The notes: generated by a model not told the origin, from the letters alone. A stretch of DNA of 64,000 bases from Tortispora ganteri (GCA_003707115.1 PPNB01000003.1:248001-312000), one strand, 5' to 3'. Positions 20,991 to 32,528 are shown, counted from the first letter of the stretch. Made by a program: numbers and translations.

Positions 20991-21821
20991 TAATCTTTAC
21001 ATCTCAAAACTTTAATATTTCGAATTTAGAAATTATCGAGGCTGTTGTGTAATTACATAATTTAGCAATTGCTATTTGCGCATTCGAGCTCGTTAAACTA
21101 TACCAAAAGCGTTAATCTGTGTATCTGTCTACGTAATGCAAAATATCGACTAACGCGCTTACTAGACTTTCCTACTATATCCATAAACGCCAAGATTGAT
21201 ACCCCTAGTGACACCGAAACAATGTATTGAGTGTTACTAATTCTATAATACGGAAATACTTTCACCGGTATATTTCCGTATTAGGTTTTGTTTATAAATT
21301 ACATTTGATTCGCCATACCCAATTGCCGGTATTGTCAAAATCGTTGCGTTCTTATTAGTCAGATGCTCCTGAACTTACTTATGTCAAAACTATACTCCAA
21401 ATCCGTGCCTGACTTCCTATATTCCCGTTACATTCCGAAATCATATAGCTCGAAATTGTGAGAAAACCAAATATAAACTATAAAAAAAAAACCTGTAACT
21501 AATCGACATCTCAGTGCAGTTTTAAATTTCACAACAATTGTTGTTTAAATCAATAGCTTGCCTGTTGCCAACATGCACATATTTTTCCTTACCACTTTCT
21601 AGTAGTACGGGCTCCCCAAGTAACAACACAACCTCTACTCTCTCACTAAACTTTCATTCAACTCTCACTCGACCATCACTCTATACTGATCTTTTCTTGC
21701 TTTTCTGGATTGCTACAAAAGATTCTTCTTACGTACGTCTTTTGGCCTTCTATTTTCTGCCTGATTTTGTTACCCGTCACAACAATTGCCTATCCTATAT
21801 CGCCACTGTTTAACCGATACA

Positions 21822-22679
21822 ATGACAACCACCTGGATCGAATCTGATGGCCTGCCGCTTTACGTGCGCACTTGGCTCGCCGATAATGAAAAGGCATTGG
21901 TACTACGAGTACATGGCTTTGGAGAGACCTGCGATAAGTACACAGTGCTCGCCCAACGATTCAATGCCCAAGGGATCTCAGTCGTTAGCTTCGACCAGCG
22001 CGGCGCTGGCCACACTGCCAAATCAAAATCCGATATAGGCAAAACTGGCGAACAGTTCGTCTATAAAGATCTTGACGTTATTTTAGAGAACGTCATCGAA
22101 ACCCACAAATGTCCCATCTTCCTCATGGGTCATTCCATGGGCGGCGGAATCGTGCTTAACTACGCTGTTGTGGGCAAGCATCGCAACGAGCTCTCTGGAA
22201 TTATCGCCTCTGCTCCGCTCATCACACTCTCACCAGAAACCAATCCTAACTTTTTGCTGCGTGCAATACTGCCCTACCTCGCACGATTCTTGCCCAATTA
22301 CAGGCAAGACACCTCACTCAACATCAGCTTCGTGTCACATGACAAAGAGGCCGTTGCTAGTATCATAGCTGACCCCTACTGCTCGACTGTCTGTTCTGCA
22401 CGCCAGATGAACGACATGATCAACCGCGGTTTAAGACTTCTGGACCCGGCCTTCCTGTCCAAGTCCGCAGATATCCCTACGCTTGTGTTTCACGGAACCG
22501 ACGATAAAATTAACTGGTTCAACTCGTCCCAAAAATATGTCGAACTACTCCCGGCCAAAGATAAAACTTTTTTGCCAGTGCAGGGCGCTTACCACGACAT
22601 CGATCTCGAAACAGACGAGTATCGACTGCCCACTGAGAAGGCCACAATTAATTGGATCTTAGACCATCTAACTTCGTGA
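21822..22679 (+). CDS. YJU3: Monoglyceride lipase (alpha/beta hydrolase)
   Basis: VHGFGE, FDQRGAG, nucleophile GHSMGG, FHGTDD, GAYHD. First ATG is at 21822. Confidence 0.85.
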   Translation: MTTTWIESDGLPLYVRTWLADNEKALVLRVHGFGETCDKYTVLAQRFNAQGISVVSFDQRGAGHTAKSKSDIGKTGEQFVYKDLDVILENVIETHKCPIFLMGHSMGGGIVLNYAVVGKHRNELSGIIASAPLITLSPETNPNFLLRAILPYLARFLPNYRQDTSLNISFVSHDKEAVASIIADPYCSTVCSARQMNDMINRGLRLLDPAFLSKSADIPTLVFHGTDDKINWFNSSQKYVELLPAKDKTFLPVQGAYHDIDLETDEYRLPTEKATINWILDHLTS

Positions 22680-23008
22680 TTTTCAAGCAGTGTATGCAAC
22701 TTTCATCACGCTAGTGTAATATTCCTCTATACTCGCCCGAACAATTAGTTTTCTGTTGCACAGTTAATTACTTCTTCGACCATTCACCAGCTCGCCTTTT
22801 CGATTAAGGTTTTGTGGCATTGCCAGAAACGGCATTATGGGTGCAATAGATAACATTTTTTTCTTGATTTCCTTTTCACACTAACTTTATACTTCCATGT
22901 TGGATTTCCTATAAAAGCTCATTTTACTAATACACACCAAATCCACTAACTAACGCTAACCAGTCGTCTATTGTTCACCACTTTCTCTCCCTGTCCATTC
23001 AACCATAC

Positions 23009-24232
23009 ATGTCTAAGCTCATTATAGACACCGATCCCGGGATTGACGACGTATTCGCCATCCTACTCGCTCTCTCCCACCCAGAAACAACTGTCGAGCT
23101 TATTTCCCTTACGGTAGGCAACATCGACACTGAGAATTCTCTGCGTAATGCCATCACCTGCATTCAGCTCTGCTCAGAATACTTGAAATCTCAGGGCAAA
23201 AAATTCACTCCCCCACGCGTAGCAGTGGGCTGCAAAACGCCTCTCTCAGGAAAAGAGCCCATCTTCGACTACTTTCATGGCATCGATGGTCTTGGCAACT
23301 CACATGCCAAAGCTCCGCACTTTACTCCGGACACTGCTTTCTACAAACCGCACTTCGAATCAGATACAAGAGCTTCCCTAGACAGACCTGCTAACTTCAT
23401 TCCTGACCACCGCCACTCTGCTGATGTGATGCTTGAAATATTGAGACAAAACCCTGAAGATTCAGTCACTATTGTTGCACTAGGCCCCGCTACTACCGTG
23501 ATACATGCTGCTGCCAAAGACTACAAAACATTTTTACGTGCACGCGAAATTATCGCAATGGCCGGTAACATAAAAGAACCTGGTAACGTCACCCCCTTTG
23601 CAGAGTTCAACGTCTTCGCTGATGCTACGGCGGCCGCCGCTCTCTGCGCACTCACAAGCCCTGATCCGTCTGTTCTCCTGCCTAGCAGTCTGCCTGAACA
23701 GTTCTACGACGCACTCGTATCGGCCCGCCTCAACTTATCAAAACAACCCAGAGTCGTCCTTGTACCCCTTGATGCTACACACAGACATTGTCTTAGCGAA
23801 TCCCAGATACTCAAATACAAAGACTCCAAGCTTGGTGAATGGCTTCTCGTGGCCCTCGAAGGCGTGTTCCAACGCCTTAAGGACGAGTACCCTGATTTAA
23901 CTGACTCTATACTTCAATGTCACGATCCATTGGCTGTGGCATATGCCATTTTTCATAGAGAAACTCCTGGTTGGTTCACATATACTGCGGACCTGCGCAT
24001 TGAAGACACCGGCAGGTGGACCCGTGGAATGTGCGTAATCGACAAACGTGGCCGTTCCCTCGAAGAATCCGAACCAAAATACGACTCCGACAACCTGCAT
24101 CTGTCTTGGCTCAACCCTAAAGTTCACAGCTATGTCGAGGTGCTCGATAAGTCTCCTTACCAGGAAGAAATCGGAAAATCTGATAACGGCAACTTTGCCC
24201 GTCATATGCTGGAGGTTGTCTTTGGCAACTAA
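23009..24232 (+). CDS. Inosine/uridine-preferring nucleoside hydrolase family protein
   Basis: DTDPGIDD, FHGIDGLG, ALGP, GNVTPFAEFNVFAD, PLD, HDP, TRGMCVID. Confidence 0.9.
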   Translation: MSKLIIDTDPGIDDVFAILLALSHPETTVELISLTVGNIDTENSLRNAITCIQLCSEYLKSQGKKFTPPRVAVGCKTPLSGKEPIFDYFHGIDGLGNSHAKAPHFTPDTAFYKPHFESDTRASLDRPANFIPDHRHSADVMLEILRQNPEDSVTIVALGPATTVIHAAAKDYKTFLRAREIIAMAGNIKEPGNVTPFAEFNVFADATAAAALCALTSPDPSVLLPSSLPEQFYDALVSARLNLSKQPRVVLVPLDATHRHCLSESQILKYKDSKLGEWLLVALEGVFQRLKDEYPDLTDSILQCHDPLAVAYAIFHRETPGWFTYTADLRIEDTGRWTRGMCVIDKRGRSLEESEPKYDSDNLHLSWLNPKVHSYVEVLDKSPYQEEIGKSDNGNFARHMLEVVFGN

Positions 24233-24650
24233 CTCAGACAATACGTAAACCTGTTAATGACCGATGTACTATATATATAACAAGGGCATTATCATAATAC
24301 AGTTGACGTTTGCATATCTACAAAGTACGAACTAGGTGACAAAGAATAACAACAAGCATATTATAGGCATAAGACAAAACTAAACCAAGGAAAAGACATA
24401 TAGAAATATCCCATGGTTTTGTCAAAACTAAGCTTCGTCGCAGTCTATATGCTAATCACAAACAGCACAAATAACACAAGTAAAATCACAAAACAGCAAA
24501 TAAAAAGGGACTAGCCCAAATGCGCTTCCACAAATCTTTTATTTTCACGAGAAAAACGCATTGGTCACAGTCAAAGAAACATATAGAGAAGGCCCAAAGG
24601 ATTAGAAGGTAATCGTCACACATAAGAAAAATGTATCAGAGAATTGATGC

Positions 24651-25739
24651 TTAGTACAAAACATACTCAGCTGTTCCAGATGTAATTGTAACAGTGCAAC
24701 CATTAGCACCACCAGAAAATACACCATTCTCATAGTAGCAGTTACCGTTGATAGTAGAACCCTCAGTAGCCACAATCTTAACATTATAGTTAGCAGGGTT
24801 CTGGTTGTTGGGGTTAGGAATAAGAGAGGCATAGCTAAAAGTTCCATCGAATGAAGTTCCGAAAACGAGAGGAGCCCAGTTACCAGTTCCAGAAGAAGGA
24901 CTACCCCATTGGCAACCATCTTCAACAGAAACGCCAGCGTTGTTAACGTAGTACTGAGCAGAAGTCTTCATACCCTTCCACTCAAAGTAATCATTAGAAT
25001 CAACGACAGCCAAAGGCATAGATTGACCGGCACGAATAACAGTGGGGATATCCATATTCTCGGTACCAGGGTAGTCAGTTCTGCAAGCAGCGACTGACTG
25101 TCCAATCTCAGAACGAATGGAAACAGAGCCAACTCCCTTTGTGCAGAGGTAGTTTGTGGCAGTATTGGTGCGGTAAAGTTTGCCACCAATACACTGGAGT
25201 CCACCAAAAGATTCACCGGTAGATCCTTGCGCAGCAGGCCATTGGGTCTTCAAGTAACCAGGCTGGCAAGCGTAAGAATAAAGGGTAGATCCTTGGAAAT
25301 TCTGGATGCCAGACCATCCGCCAGTGCTCTGCTGGTCAGCACCAGATCCAACAGGCCAAGTGACAGGAACAAGACCTTCGATTTCGTAAGGGAAGACGTC
25401 GCAGGAGTAAACACCATCTTCAAAATATCCAATGTCTTCCGCGTTGGATGAAGAAGAATATCCTACATTGGAGTCTGCGGCAACGGTCGGTTGAGCAGCA
25501 GCAGGTTCAGCAGCAGCAGGTTCAGCCGCAGGTTCAGCAGCAGCATTGTTGGTAGCGGCAGCAGCAGGAGCTTCTGCACCTTGAGTGACAGTTACATAAA
25601 CAATTTCAGTAGCCAAAGCGCGCTTATGAGCATGGTGCGCATGGAAAGCCTGCTCAGCGACTTCGTCAGCACAAGGAGAAGGTGCAGCAAAAGCCAAAGG
25701 TAAGGTAGAGGCAGCAATAACAGCGGTGGAAAATTTCAT
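24651..25739 (-). CDS. Secreted SUN-family beta-glucanase (Uth1/Sim1/Sun41-like)
   Basis: Signal peptide, HAHHAHKR Kex2 site, Ala/Pro/Glu linker, SUN domain ([44 protein letters not shown]). Confidence 0.95.
   Translation of the reverse strand: MKFSTAVIAASTLPLAFAAPSPCADEVAEQAFHAHHAHKRALATEIVYVTVTQGAEAPAAAATNNAAAEPAAEPAAAEPAAAQPTVAADSNVGYSSSSNAEDIGYFEDGVYSCDVFPYEIEGLVPVTWPVGSGADQQSTGGWSGIQNFQGSTLYSYACQPGYLKTQWPAAQGSTGESFGGLQCIGGKLYRTNTATNYLCTKGVGSVSIRSEIGQSVAACRTDYPGTENMDIPTVIRAGQSMPLAVVDSNDYFEWKGMKTSAQYYVNNAGVSVEDGCQWGSPSSGTGNWAPLVFGTSFDGTFSYASLIPNPNNQNPANYNVKIVATEGSTINGNCYYENGVFSGGANGCTVTITSGTAEYVLY
25486..25565 (-). repeat. Coding low-complexity repeat [17 protein letters not shown] in the SUN linker
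   Basis: Repeated GCAGGTTCAGC units on the plus strand. Confidence 0.7.
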
Positions 25740-26629
25740 CTAATGTTGTTAGTTGACTGGAATAATCATAAAGAATCGAAGCGTTATAAAGAAAGAAAAG
25801 CGAAGCGAAGAGAAAGTAAAACAGAGCGCGCTAAATGTCCCTTGAGAGGATTATGATACTATTGGAAAGCAATGATAATAGCAATGAAGAAGGAATGCAT
25901 CCCTGTGTGAGCAACATCGGAACTTTTGGGATAAATAGTTGGTCGCGTCACGCCAAACTAATAGAGTAAATTGACCAATTAGGCACATATTCACCGCAGT
26001 TACCACATAATAAAGTTTTCGCTAGCCGTGGAATGAGCCAAATATGCGGGTGGGACTTCTCCTCTGTGCGTGTTTAGGGATGAAGTTAGGGTAAAATTTG
26101 TATTTCGCATAGCAACAGCACTCTAAGCTAATAGAGCAAGCCATTTCCCCTCGCAACCAGCCCTATTCGGGGTATTACGTGAGGAGTTGATTCTGCGTAT
26201 ACTTGCCCTACCTTCTGAATCCAGCCATACACCAAGGGTCCTCTCTCCACGATTCATAAGTAAAGGAAAACATGAACACTTTTACTTAATATAGAGACGT
26301 TTGTGCAAATAAGAGTAACTATTGAGGTAATATCAAGCAGAAATAGGGTATGCTGTAAAAGAGCGACAAGAATTCGCTCATTCTTTGTATGAATGAAATA
26401 TGTGAAACTCAGGAATGTAGGGCCGGTCAACTTGTAAAATTGTTACGGTAAGCAATCGTAATTCTTACCACGTCCGATGGTATAAAATAGGAAAAAAGTG
26501 ATAACTATGTAGAACAAATGGTATAGAGGTAATTTAATACTGGTATATGTAAAACATTTAGCGCTAATATGCGTAAAAAGAACTTCGACTTCGCGTGCCT
26601 TCAAAGATGTAATGCTGGCGGCTACTTAC
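25740..26629 (-). other. Putative 890-nt 5'-UTR spliceosomal intron of the SUN gene
   Basis: Minus strand: AAG|GTAAGT at 26629, branch AACTAAC at 25754-25748, acceptor TAG directly before the ATG. Confidence 0.65.
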
Positions 26630-28046
26630 CTTGATAGGATATAAAGGAGTGACTTTGATTCAAGTTAAGGAAAGACAAATATCAGAGAATGAAAAAGAAC
26701 AAATTTAAAGAAGGAATGACTGTTCTCTGGAATAAATGTTTAAGGAGAGGATAAGCTGTAAAAACTTGGAAAAACTTGTAGGTATATAAAGGAAAGAAGG
26801 AAAACCCACGAAAGGGAATTATACGGAAAACATCTAAGGCCGGGTAATAAAAATTAACGTTTTAGGTAAAAGTTTGTCTAGATTCATTTGTTTGTAATTA
26901 GTTATTGCCTAAGTGGGTCAGTTTTCGGCTTAGTTCAAACTTTAAATCCTCAAAACACTAACTTCGTCAACGGTTAAATGATATATTTTCGGAGTTGTCC
27001 AGCTGTTATGCTGCAAAATAAGATACATCGTCGAGAGAAAGGTATCGGACAAGACCGTACACAAGTACACATGAATAAATGACATAGAACTAGTCCGAGG
27101 TCTACAGTACTAATGTAGAAACTTCAAAGAAATAACTTGATTTCGCGATTCGTCTTCTGTTAACTCCGATTACACCTAAGTCAACCGGTAATGTTTCGTA
27201 TAACTCTTTATTTCAGATCATGTTTACCTTTCTAGTTTTGATTTTTACGTACATAAAGCTAGATTGACATCAAATGCAGTCATATTAAGTGTTATAGCAA
27301 AAATACTAGGCTTTCACAGATTTTTATAGCAGATCGGACACTCCTGTATAAAAGTGTTCGTTGGGGCTATCACGAACGTCCAAGAATGTTGAGCAATAAT
27401 GCCACAATACACAGATTCGATAACATAACGAATGATTGTGTATTTTACTTAACCATGCAGAGACATGCTCATTGTACTGCTCTATACGCCCACCTCTTCT
27501 TATCCAGTGTATAGTTAGTTCTGATTCTACATTTGTCTAGACCTCATGAACTTTTCAGACTTTTATTGGTAATAAGGTTTGTAAATTTACAAACCCCGAA
27601 GAACAAATATATAACTACATTCTGACACAGTGCATTCCCAGATACTTTGTAGATAACTTACAGTAAATTAATTTTCAAAAAACAAGAGTCAGTACTATTT
27701 TATAAAAGAAAATATAATGTTTTTTTTTTTTGCATTTATTCAGCAACATTCAGCAGGACTCACTAAAAACTTTAAAATCAATTTATCAAAATTGGGAAAT
27801 AGCGTTTAACCCACGTACATTTAACTTCGCGCTTATGCATTATGATGACGCTGACAGTATTTATCATGAACCCTAACTAGCTGAATTTTGTATATTCCAT
27901 GCATGGCTATTGGATTATTGTGTTCGGATAATAGATGGATAAACGACAAGACACCACTGAACTAGTTAAGCTTTATGTTAGACTACACCTTGTGATATTG
28001 TATAGATTATGCATGCATCATTCATTCAAGTATTAAAGTTATATAA

Positions 28047-29333
28047 TTAGTCCATAGGTTCCATTTTCACTTGTTTGTGTGTGAGACAGCCATAGCATCT
28101 ACAGTCCTCACCACATGCACAAGGCATTCCCGGTATACCACATTGTGACGTGAAGTACACATCAAACAAGTCATCAGTGTTGTTGTAGTCGTAGGGAAGG
28201 CCAAGGTCAAATTCAATGTCGTTAATGTCTGTGTCTTTCTCCGACATGAAAGTGCTGGATGGCAGGTTGTTAAACTCCGCGCTATCACTGCTATCAGCCT
28301 CAAATCCAAATGTTTGCTGCTCTGACATCATGCTAGACTCTGGTTCTTCGTAATGAACATGGCGTGTAACAGGCGGGCAAGTAGTAACAACAAAAGTATG
28401 GTCACTGTCGTCTCCATAATGAGCCTTCAACTGCACTCTTTGTAACTGGTTATTGCGAAATACTGAGTTGCTGCCGCCTATATTTTCCGCCGTTGGGCCT
28501 TCAAGAGAATGATCAGAGCTTGTTGAACAGTGCGAGGCCGATGACGATGGCATAAGCGATGGTAAAGAGCTATCCAGATCTGTGTCAGCAGTCATAACTG
28601 ATGCTATGAATTTTTTCATTTGACTTTCTATATCTCCAGTAATAGCGTCACATTCGCTAGAATCTTGGAAGTGACAATGTGGTGCACTTTCCTCGCAATT
28701 TTGGACTTTCGTGATCGATGATCGAACGTTGGCAACAAATGTTGGCTGCTGATGTACAAAATCTGGCACTTTTGAGGAGATTTTCGTTGCACTAACCATC
28801 GGAGATGCACATCTAGATACAGAGGTAGAGGTGGGTGCAGATGCTGGTGCAGATACCGGAGCAGATGCCGGCGCAGAAATAGGAAGCTTGGCGACATGTG
28901 AACTTTTAGAAGGACAGCACTGAGATGCACTATTTACGGAACTCAAGGGTGTATCAAAAATATTCATGCCGTTCATAATACTTTGTTCGTCATCCATCGC
29001 CATTGCAATACTATCTGTATTGTGATATTTGTGTGAGCACGATGTAGCGGCACTAATCTCTATTTCGCTTTCGATACGCTTGTAGTCACCTTGGATCTCA
29101 AGCACTTTTCCATCACGATCGCCCATAGCACCACGGGTAGGCACGACGATGGCTGCAACACCACAATCGCAAGATCCTTGAGGAATGACTGCAGCTCGCT
29201 TATCGTCACTCGCAACAGGTCGGCCTCGTCGGCGTACCTGCAGCAAAGGGCGGCGGCTGTGGTTGCATGAAGAGGAACGATGACCGCGTATACATCGCAT
29301 GCAAGCGTATTTTTCACCTTCAACTAAAATCAT
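28047..29333 (-). CDS. MAC1: Copper-sensing transcription factor (copper-fist, Mac1/Cuf1 type)
   Basis: KYACMRCIRGHRSSSCNH...RRGRP copper fist, plus a C-terminal CACGEDCRCYGCLTH Cu-sensing motif of Mac1/Cuf1 type rather than Ace1. Confidence 0.85.
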   Translation of the reverse strand: MILVEGEKYACMRCIRGHRSSSCNHSRRPLLQVRRRGRPVASDDKRAAVIPQGSCDCGVAAIVVPTRGAMGDRDGKVLEIQGDYKRIESEIEISAATSCSHKYHNTDSIAMAMDDEQSIMNGMNIFDTPLSSVNSASQCCPSKSSHVAKLPISAPASAPVSAPASAPTSTSVSRCASPMVSATKISSKVPDFVHQQPTFVANVRSSITKVQNCEESAPHCHFQDSSECDAITGDIESQMKKFIASVMTADTDLDSSLPSLMPSSSASHCSTSSDHSLEGPTAENIGGSNSVFRNNQLQRVQLKAHYGDDSDHTFVVTTCPPVTRHVHYEEPESSMMSEQQTFGFEADSSDSAEFNNLPSSTFMSEKDTDINDIEFDLGLPYDYNNTDDLFDVYFTSQCGIPGMPCACGEDCRCYGCLTHKQVKMEPMD

Positions 29334-30166
29334 TGGTAAATAAGAAATTGAAACGTAAGACTTCAGAATAGATGAATACAGAATATGCAGGCCCAGAGTG
29401 TTTTTATATACAGAAGAGCAGACCTGGTATTCAAGGGTAGGGAATATTATTCTTTTTTGCCAAGAAATTCAGGTAGTAATGATTTCAATAATCTTGCGCT
29501 TGGCGAACTAGGCAGTCCAGGGATGTCAATAGTGTGAAAATGTAGTGTATGACTCGCAGGGAGCTATAGTTTCAGGGTCCAATTACACCGTTCTATAGCG
29601 AACAAGTAGAATGTCTGTCCAGTAAGAAATTTCGCCCTATAGGAGCAGTTCAGGTATTTTTATTATAAGTATCAGCAGAGATCTTTGAGTAGCGTTATTG
29701 CGAAATTGATGTAAAGAAGTCTTAACAAAATGTGACAATAGAGGCACACAGAAAACAAACTAGAGCAATAAATAACAACAGTCACTATATTTCTCTATTA
29801 GCCAAAAGTACAACGTTGCGCTCAGCAAAAAAGCAATCAATAGATCTAGAAGCTTGTTCAAAAACAAGAGAGAAAATCAATCAAAAGTAGCAGCTAGGTT
29901 GCACCTAAAGGGGTCCAAGCCTTATTTCTAGCTGAGAGAGTAGTATGTATTATAAACCTAACTACCTTTGTTTATTTAAGAACAAAGGGTGCGAGGGTGT
30001 AAATAACGGGTATAGTTACTCAAAGTAATAGCGAAGAAGTAGTAAAGGGTCCTAGTAGAAACTTGAATGACTTACTGTGCGTTGATCGATCGATGATTTG
30101 ACGCAGAAGTCTTCGTGGTCAGAGTGTGATAGCAAAAACAACAAGCTTCTCTACAGACGTGCTTAC

Positions 30167-30174
30167 TGAGCAAA
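30167..30174 (-). promoter_or_regulatory. Putative CuRE (TTTGCTCA) upstream of MAC1
   Basis: TGAGCAAA on the plus strand, an exact CuRE, about 830 bp upstream of the MAC1 ATG in the divergent intergenic region. Confidence 0.35.
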
Positions 30175-30422
30175 AATAGATTGTGCACAATAATCAGTAG
30201 CAGATACGTTCTCACAAATTAGTAAAAAGAGCCGAACTATCCACTTTTAGCGCGTGTGCAAGAAGTTTTCTGGTTAATCGATCAGCTTATTGGCGGAGTT
30301 CTTGCACATTGGGTTGAGGGTTTAATGTTTATTTGGGTGTTTCCGTAATAAGGCAGCTCTGTGTTTAGGCATCGATAATATCTGAATAGATCTTTTATTG
30401 ATTTGTCTATTTATTGTGAAAA

Positions 30423-31154
30423 ATGGAGAAACTGTTAGTCAGTGCCTTCGATTTTTTGTTATCATCTGATCCAGGGGATATTCGGCGTGGGTTACGACAT
30501 ATTGAGGGCATGCTTGTTCACTTATGTAGGGCAAGCGGAAAGAAGAACTACACCGGACAAGTCCACGATCCAGCACTGGATATGTTCGTTCGATTACAGG
30601 CAAATTTCGAGTACAACTTAGCTATTCGACTGATCACCTGCCTTGAAGGGTTATTGGCTAAAGAGCCTAGTTCGCATATAGATTCGTTGTGTATGTCGGC
30701 ATTGCAAGTGTTGCAGGGAGTATTACTACTTCACCCGGCAAGCCGACGCTTATTTGCAAGAAAAGTAAACATGACGGTCCTGCTCGATTTGCTTGAACCA
30801 CACGACGAAAAAGAGGATCATGAACTGCAACAAGTCACGGTAACAACCATACTCTGCGCGGTGGCGGGAGAGCCAGAGAACATGCGCAGATTGGAAGAGC
30901 TGGAAGGGATATCTATCTTAGCGGCCTTGTTTACCACCAAGGGTTCGCCCAAAGCGTTAAAGGTTTCAGTTCTAGAGTTCCTTTGTTACTACTTGATGCC
31001 AGAGACTAATCATCAATCCCAGCAACAGCACAAAGAAGATGATTCGCATCTGCGCACGCCTGCGGAGAAAGAGGCCATTCTATCAGCACACATCCCTAAT
31101 GTCAGTTCGATCACGAAAGAGATGAGTAATCTGAACATTGTGCCGTCATATTGA
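30423..31154 (+). CDS. Septation-initiation-network Cdc14 (S. pombe type, not the phosphatase)
   Basis: MEKLL..AFD.L.S....IRRGLRHIEG, F.RLQ.NFEYN, LQGVLLLHP.SR.LF, LEFLCYYL.PE. Confidence 0.8.
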   Translation: MEKLLVSAFDFLLSSDPGDIRRGLRHIEGMLVHLCRASGKKNYTGQVHDPALDMFVRLQANFEYNLAIRLITCLEGLLAKEPSSHIDSLCMSALQVLQGVLLLHPASRRLFARKVNMTVLLDLLEPHDEKEDHELQQVTVTTILCAVAGEPENMRRLEELEGISILAALFTTKGSPKALKVSVLEFLCYYLMPETNHQSQQQHKEDDSHLRTPAEKEAILSAHIPNVSSITKEMSNLNIVPSY

Positions 31155-31793
31155 CTCTTTGTAGGTTCCAAATGCCATAATGCGGTCATAATTGATGATA
31201 AGGGTATTTATCATACTATTAGAATATAACAATGATGTTTTCACAATAGCGAAAATAGCGCAGTCCAGCATTGTAGGTATTCCTCCTGGATCGCCTATGA
31301 GAGTGTTGAGGGAACCCAGAGCGAGTTTTGCTGCAGCAATAGCCGATTCGCTAGCTCTATCAGTCCATATCTCTGGCACCATCAAGCATGTGTCTATGAG
31401 TCCGAGCATCATGCTGTGCATTTCCGGACATTCTGCGCCGCACGCGGAGTGAAGCTCGCTGATGGACACCGGGTCAAAATGGAGCCCTTTAGTAAGCCAA
31501 AGTGTTGTTTTGCCTCTCTGGATCTGGATGCAGGGCAGCTGGCCGTCTGGGCTGGAATGACGCGAGACCTCAAGGATGCGGACCTTTCCGAGGTTAGTAG
31601 ATGACAAAAATCTACCGATCGCGAGGATTCTGACGCTTTCTGGTCCATCGGCTTCTTTGGAGATGTACAGAGACACAGGGGCAGCTTCGACGCTCGTTTG
31701 AGCCGTAAACGATTCCGGAGAGGGCGCCGGATCGTATGTTTTCAGTGGGAATTTGTCAAAAAGTGCCTTGATTGGTGCAGGAACCGTCGTCAT
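31146..31793 (-). CDS. SAM35: Mitochondrial SAM-complex subunit Sam35/metaxin-like
   Basis: N-terminal VPAPIKALFDKFPLKTY, SPDGQLP, and a short GST-C-like segment (LDCAIFA). Confidence 0.7.
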   Translation of the reverse strand: MTTVPAPIKALFDKFPLKTYDPAPSPESFTAQTSVEAAPVSLYISKEADGPESVRILAIGRFLSSTNLGKVRILEVSRHSSPDGQLPCIQIQRGKTTLWLTKGLHFDPVSISELHSACGAECPEMHSMMLGLIDTCLMVPEIWTDRASESAIAAAKLALGSLNTLIGDPGGIPTMLDCAIFAIVKTSLLYSNSMINTLIINYDRIMAFGTYKESI

Positions 31794-32051
31794 TGATGTA
31801 GCAGGCTTTAATAGTACGTGGTACGGGGATATGTCTTAGGGTGGGTACAATTTGGTAGCTTGCCCCAAAAGGGTGGGTGCGCAAAGCTTGGTAATGTAGC
31901 TGGTGGCGTCTGGTAAGATCGGGTATAGCGAATCGGTTACTGAAATGTGGGAATCTACAGGAAACCTAGAAAATAATTATCCATATTAGCCATAAATTTA
32001 AAGTAAAGGTACGCGCACAAAATGTCGCAATGAAGGGCGGTAAAAAGGTCA

Positions 32052-32528
32052 TTAATCCAGTCTCAAGGGAGTGACCGGGGTACTCAGAGGTGAGAGCGGG
32101 TGAAGGTACGGCTCGGAGGGTGTCGCTAAGGCGGCATCGCCAGGACTTCGAGGAACGCTAGAACTAGGCTGAACATCTACCTGCGATGAAGACAGTGCAA
32201 GCGAAAGCAAGCTTATAGTCGAAGAAGAGACGTGCACAGGGCTGTTGAAGGCCGACAAGTCAGAAGCAATAGGGCTGGAGATCGGCCCTAGTGCAGGACT
32301 GGTCGGTGCATGAGCATATGCGCCTGCAAATCTAGGCGACTTGCTAAAATACGATCCGACGTAAGTAGGAGAATGTAATGAACGAGATAAGGCCTCAAAA
32401 TTTTCCCTCGCAGTCGACTCTTTAGGGATATCTCTTGGCTTCTCTGTTGACGTAGATCCTCTTCTAGTCACGGACGATCGATACAGATAAGGAGTATCTT
32501 GAGAAGCTCTACGTCTTGATATATTCAT
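32052..32528 (-). CDS. Ser/Pro-rich, probably disordered protein of unknown function
   Basis: 158-aa ATG-initiated ORF filling an intergenic gap, with many SP/TP sites, RRAS and RRGS motifs, and C-terminal PLSPLSTPVTPLRLD. Confidence 0.55.
   Translation of the reverse strand: MNISRRRASQDTPYLYRSSVTRRGSTSTEKPRDIPKESTARENFEALSRSLHSPTYVGSYFSKSPRFAGAYAHAPTSPALGPISSPIASDLSAFNSPVHVSSSTISLLSLALSSSQVDVQPSSSVPRSPGDAALATPSEPYLHPLSPLSTPVTPLRLD

Noticed and set aside
22692..22963. GTATGC ... ACTAAC/GCTAAC CAG, which could splice out the YJU3-nucleoside hydrolase spacer
   Set aside because: A TATAAAA at about 22910 lies inside the supposed intron at a normal distance from the downstream ATG, and the donor would sit in the upstream gene's 3' UTR. 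Not supportable without RNA data.
26623..26700. TACTTACCTT resembling the 5' end of U1 snRNA
   Set aside because: It is the complement of the SUN intron donor AAG|GTAAGT. No U1-70K loop (GATCA.GAAG) or other U1 features follow.
27842..27884. ATGATGA ... CTGA, a C/D-box-like pair
   Set aside because: Only 43 nt, too short for a snoRNA, and no guide sequence is evident.
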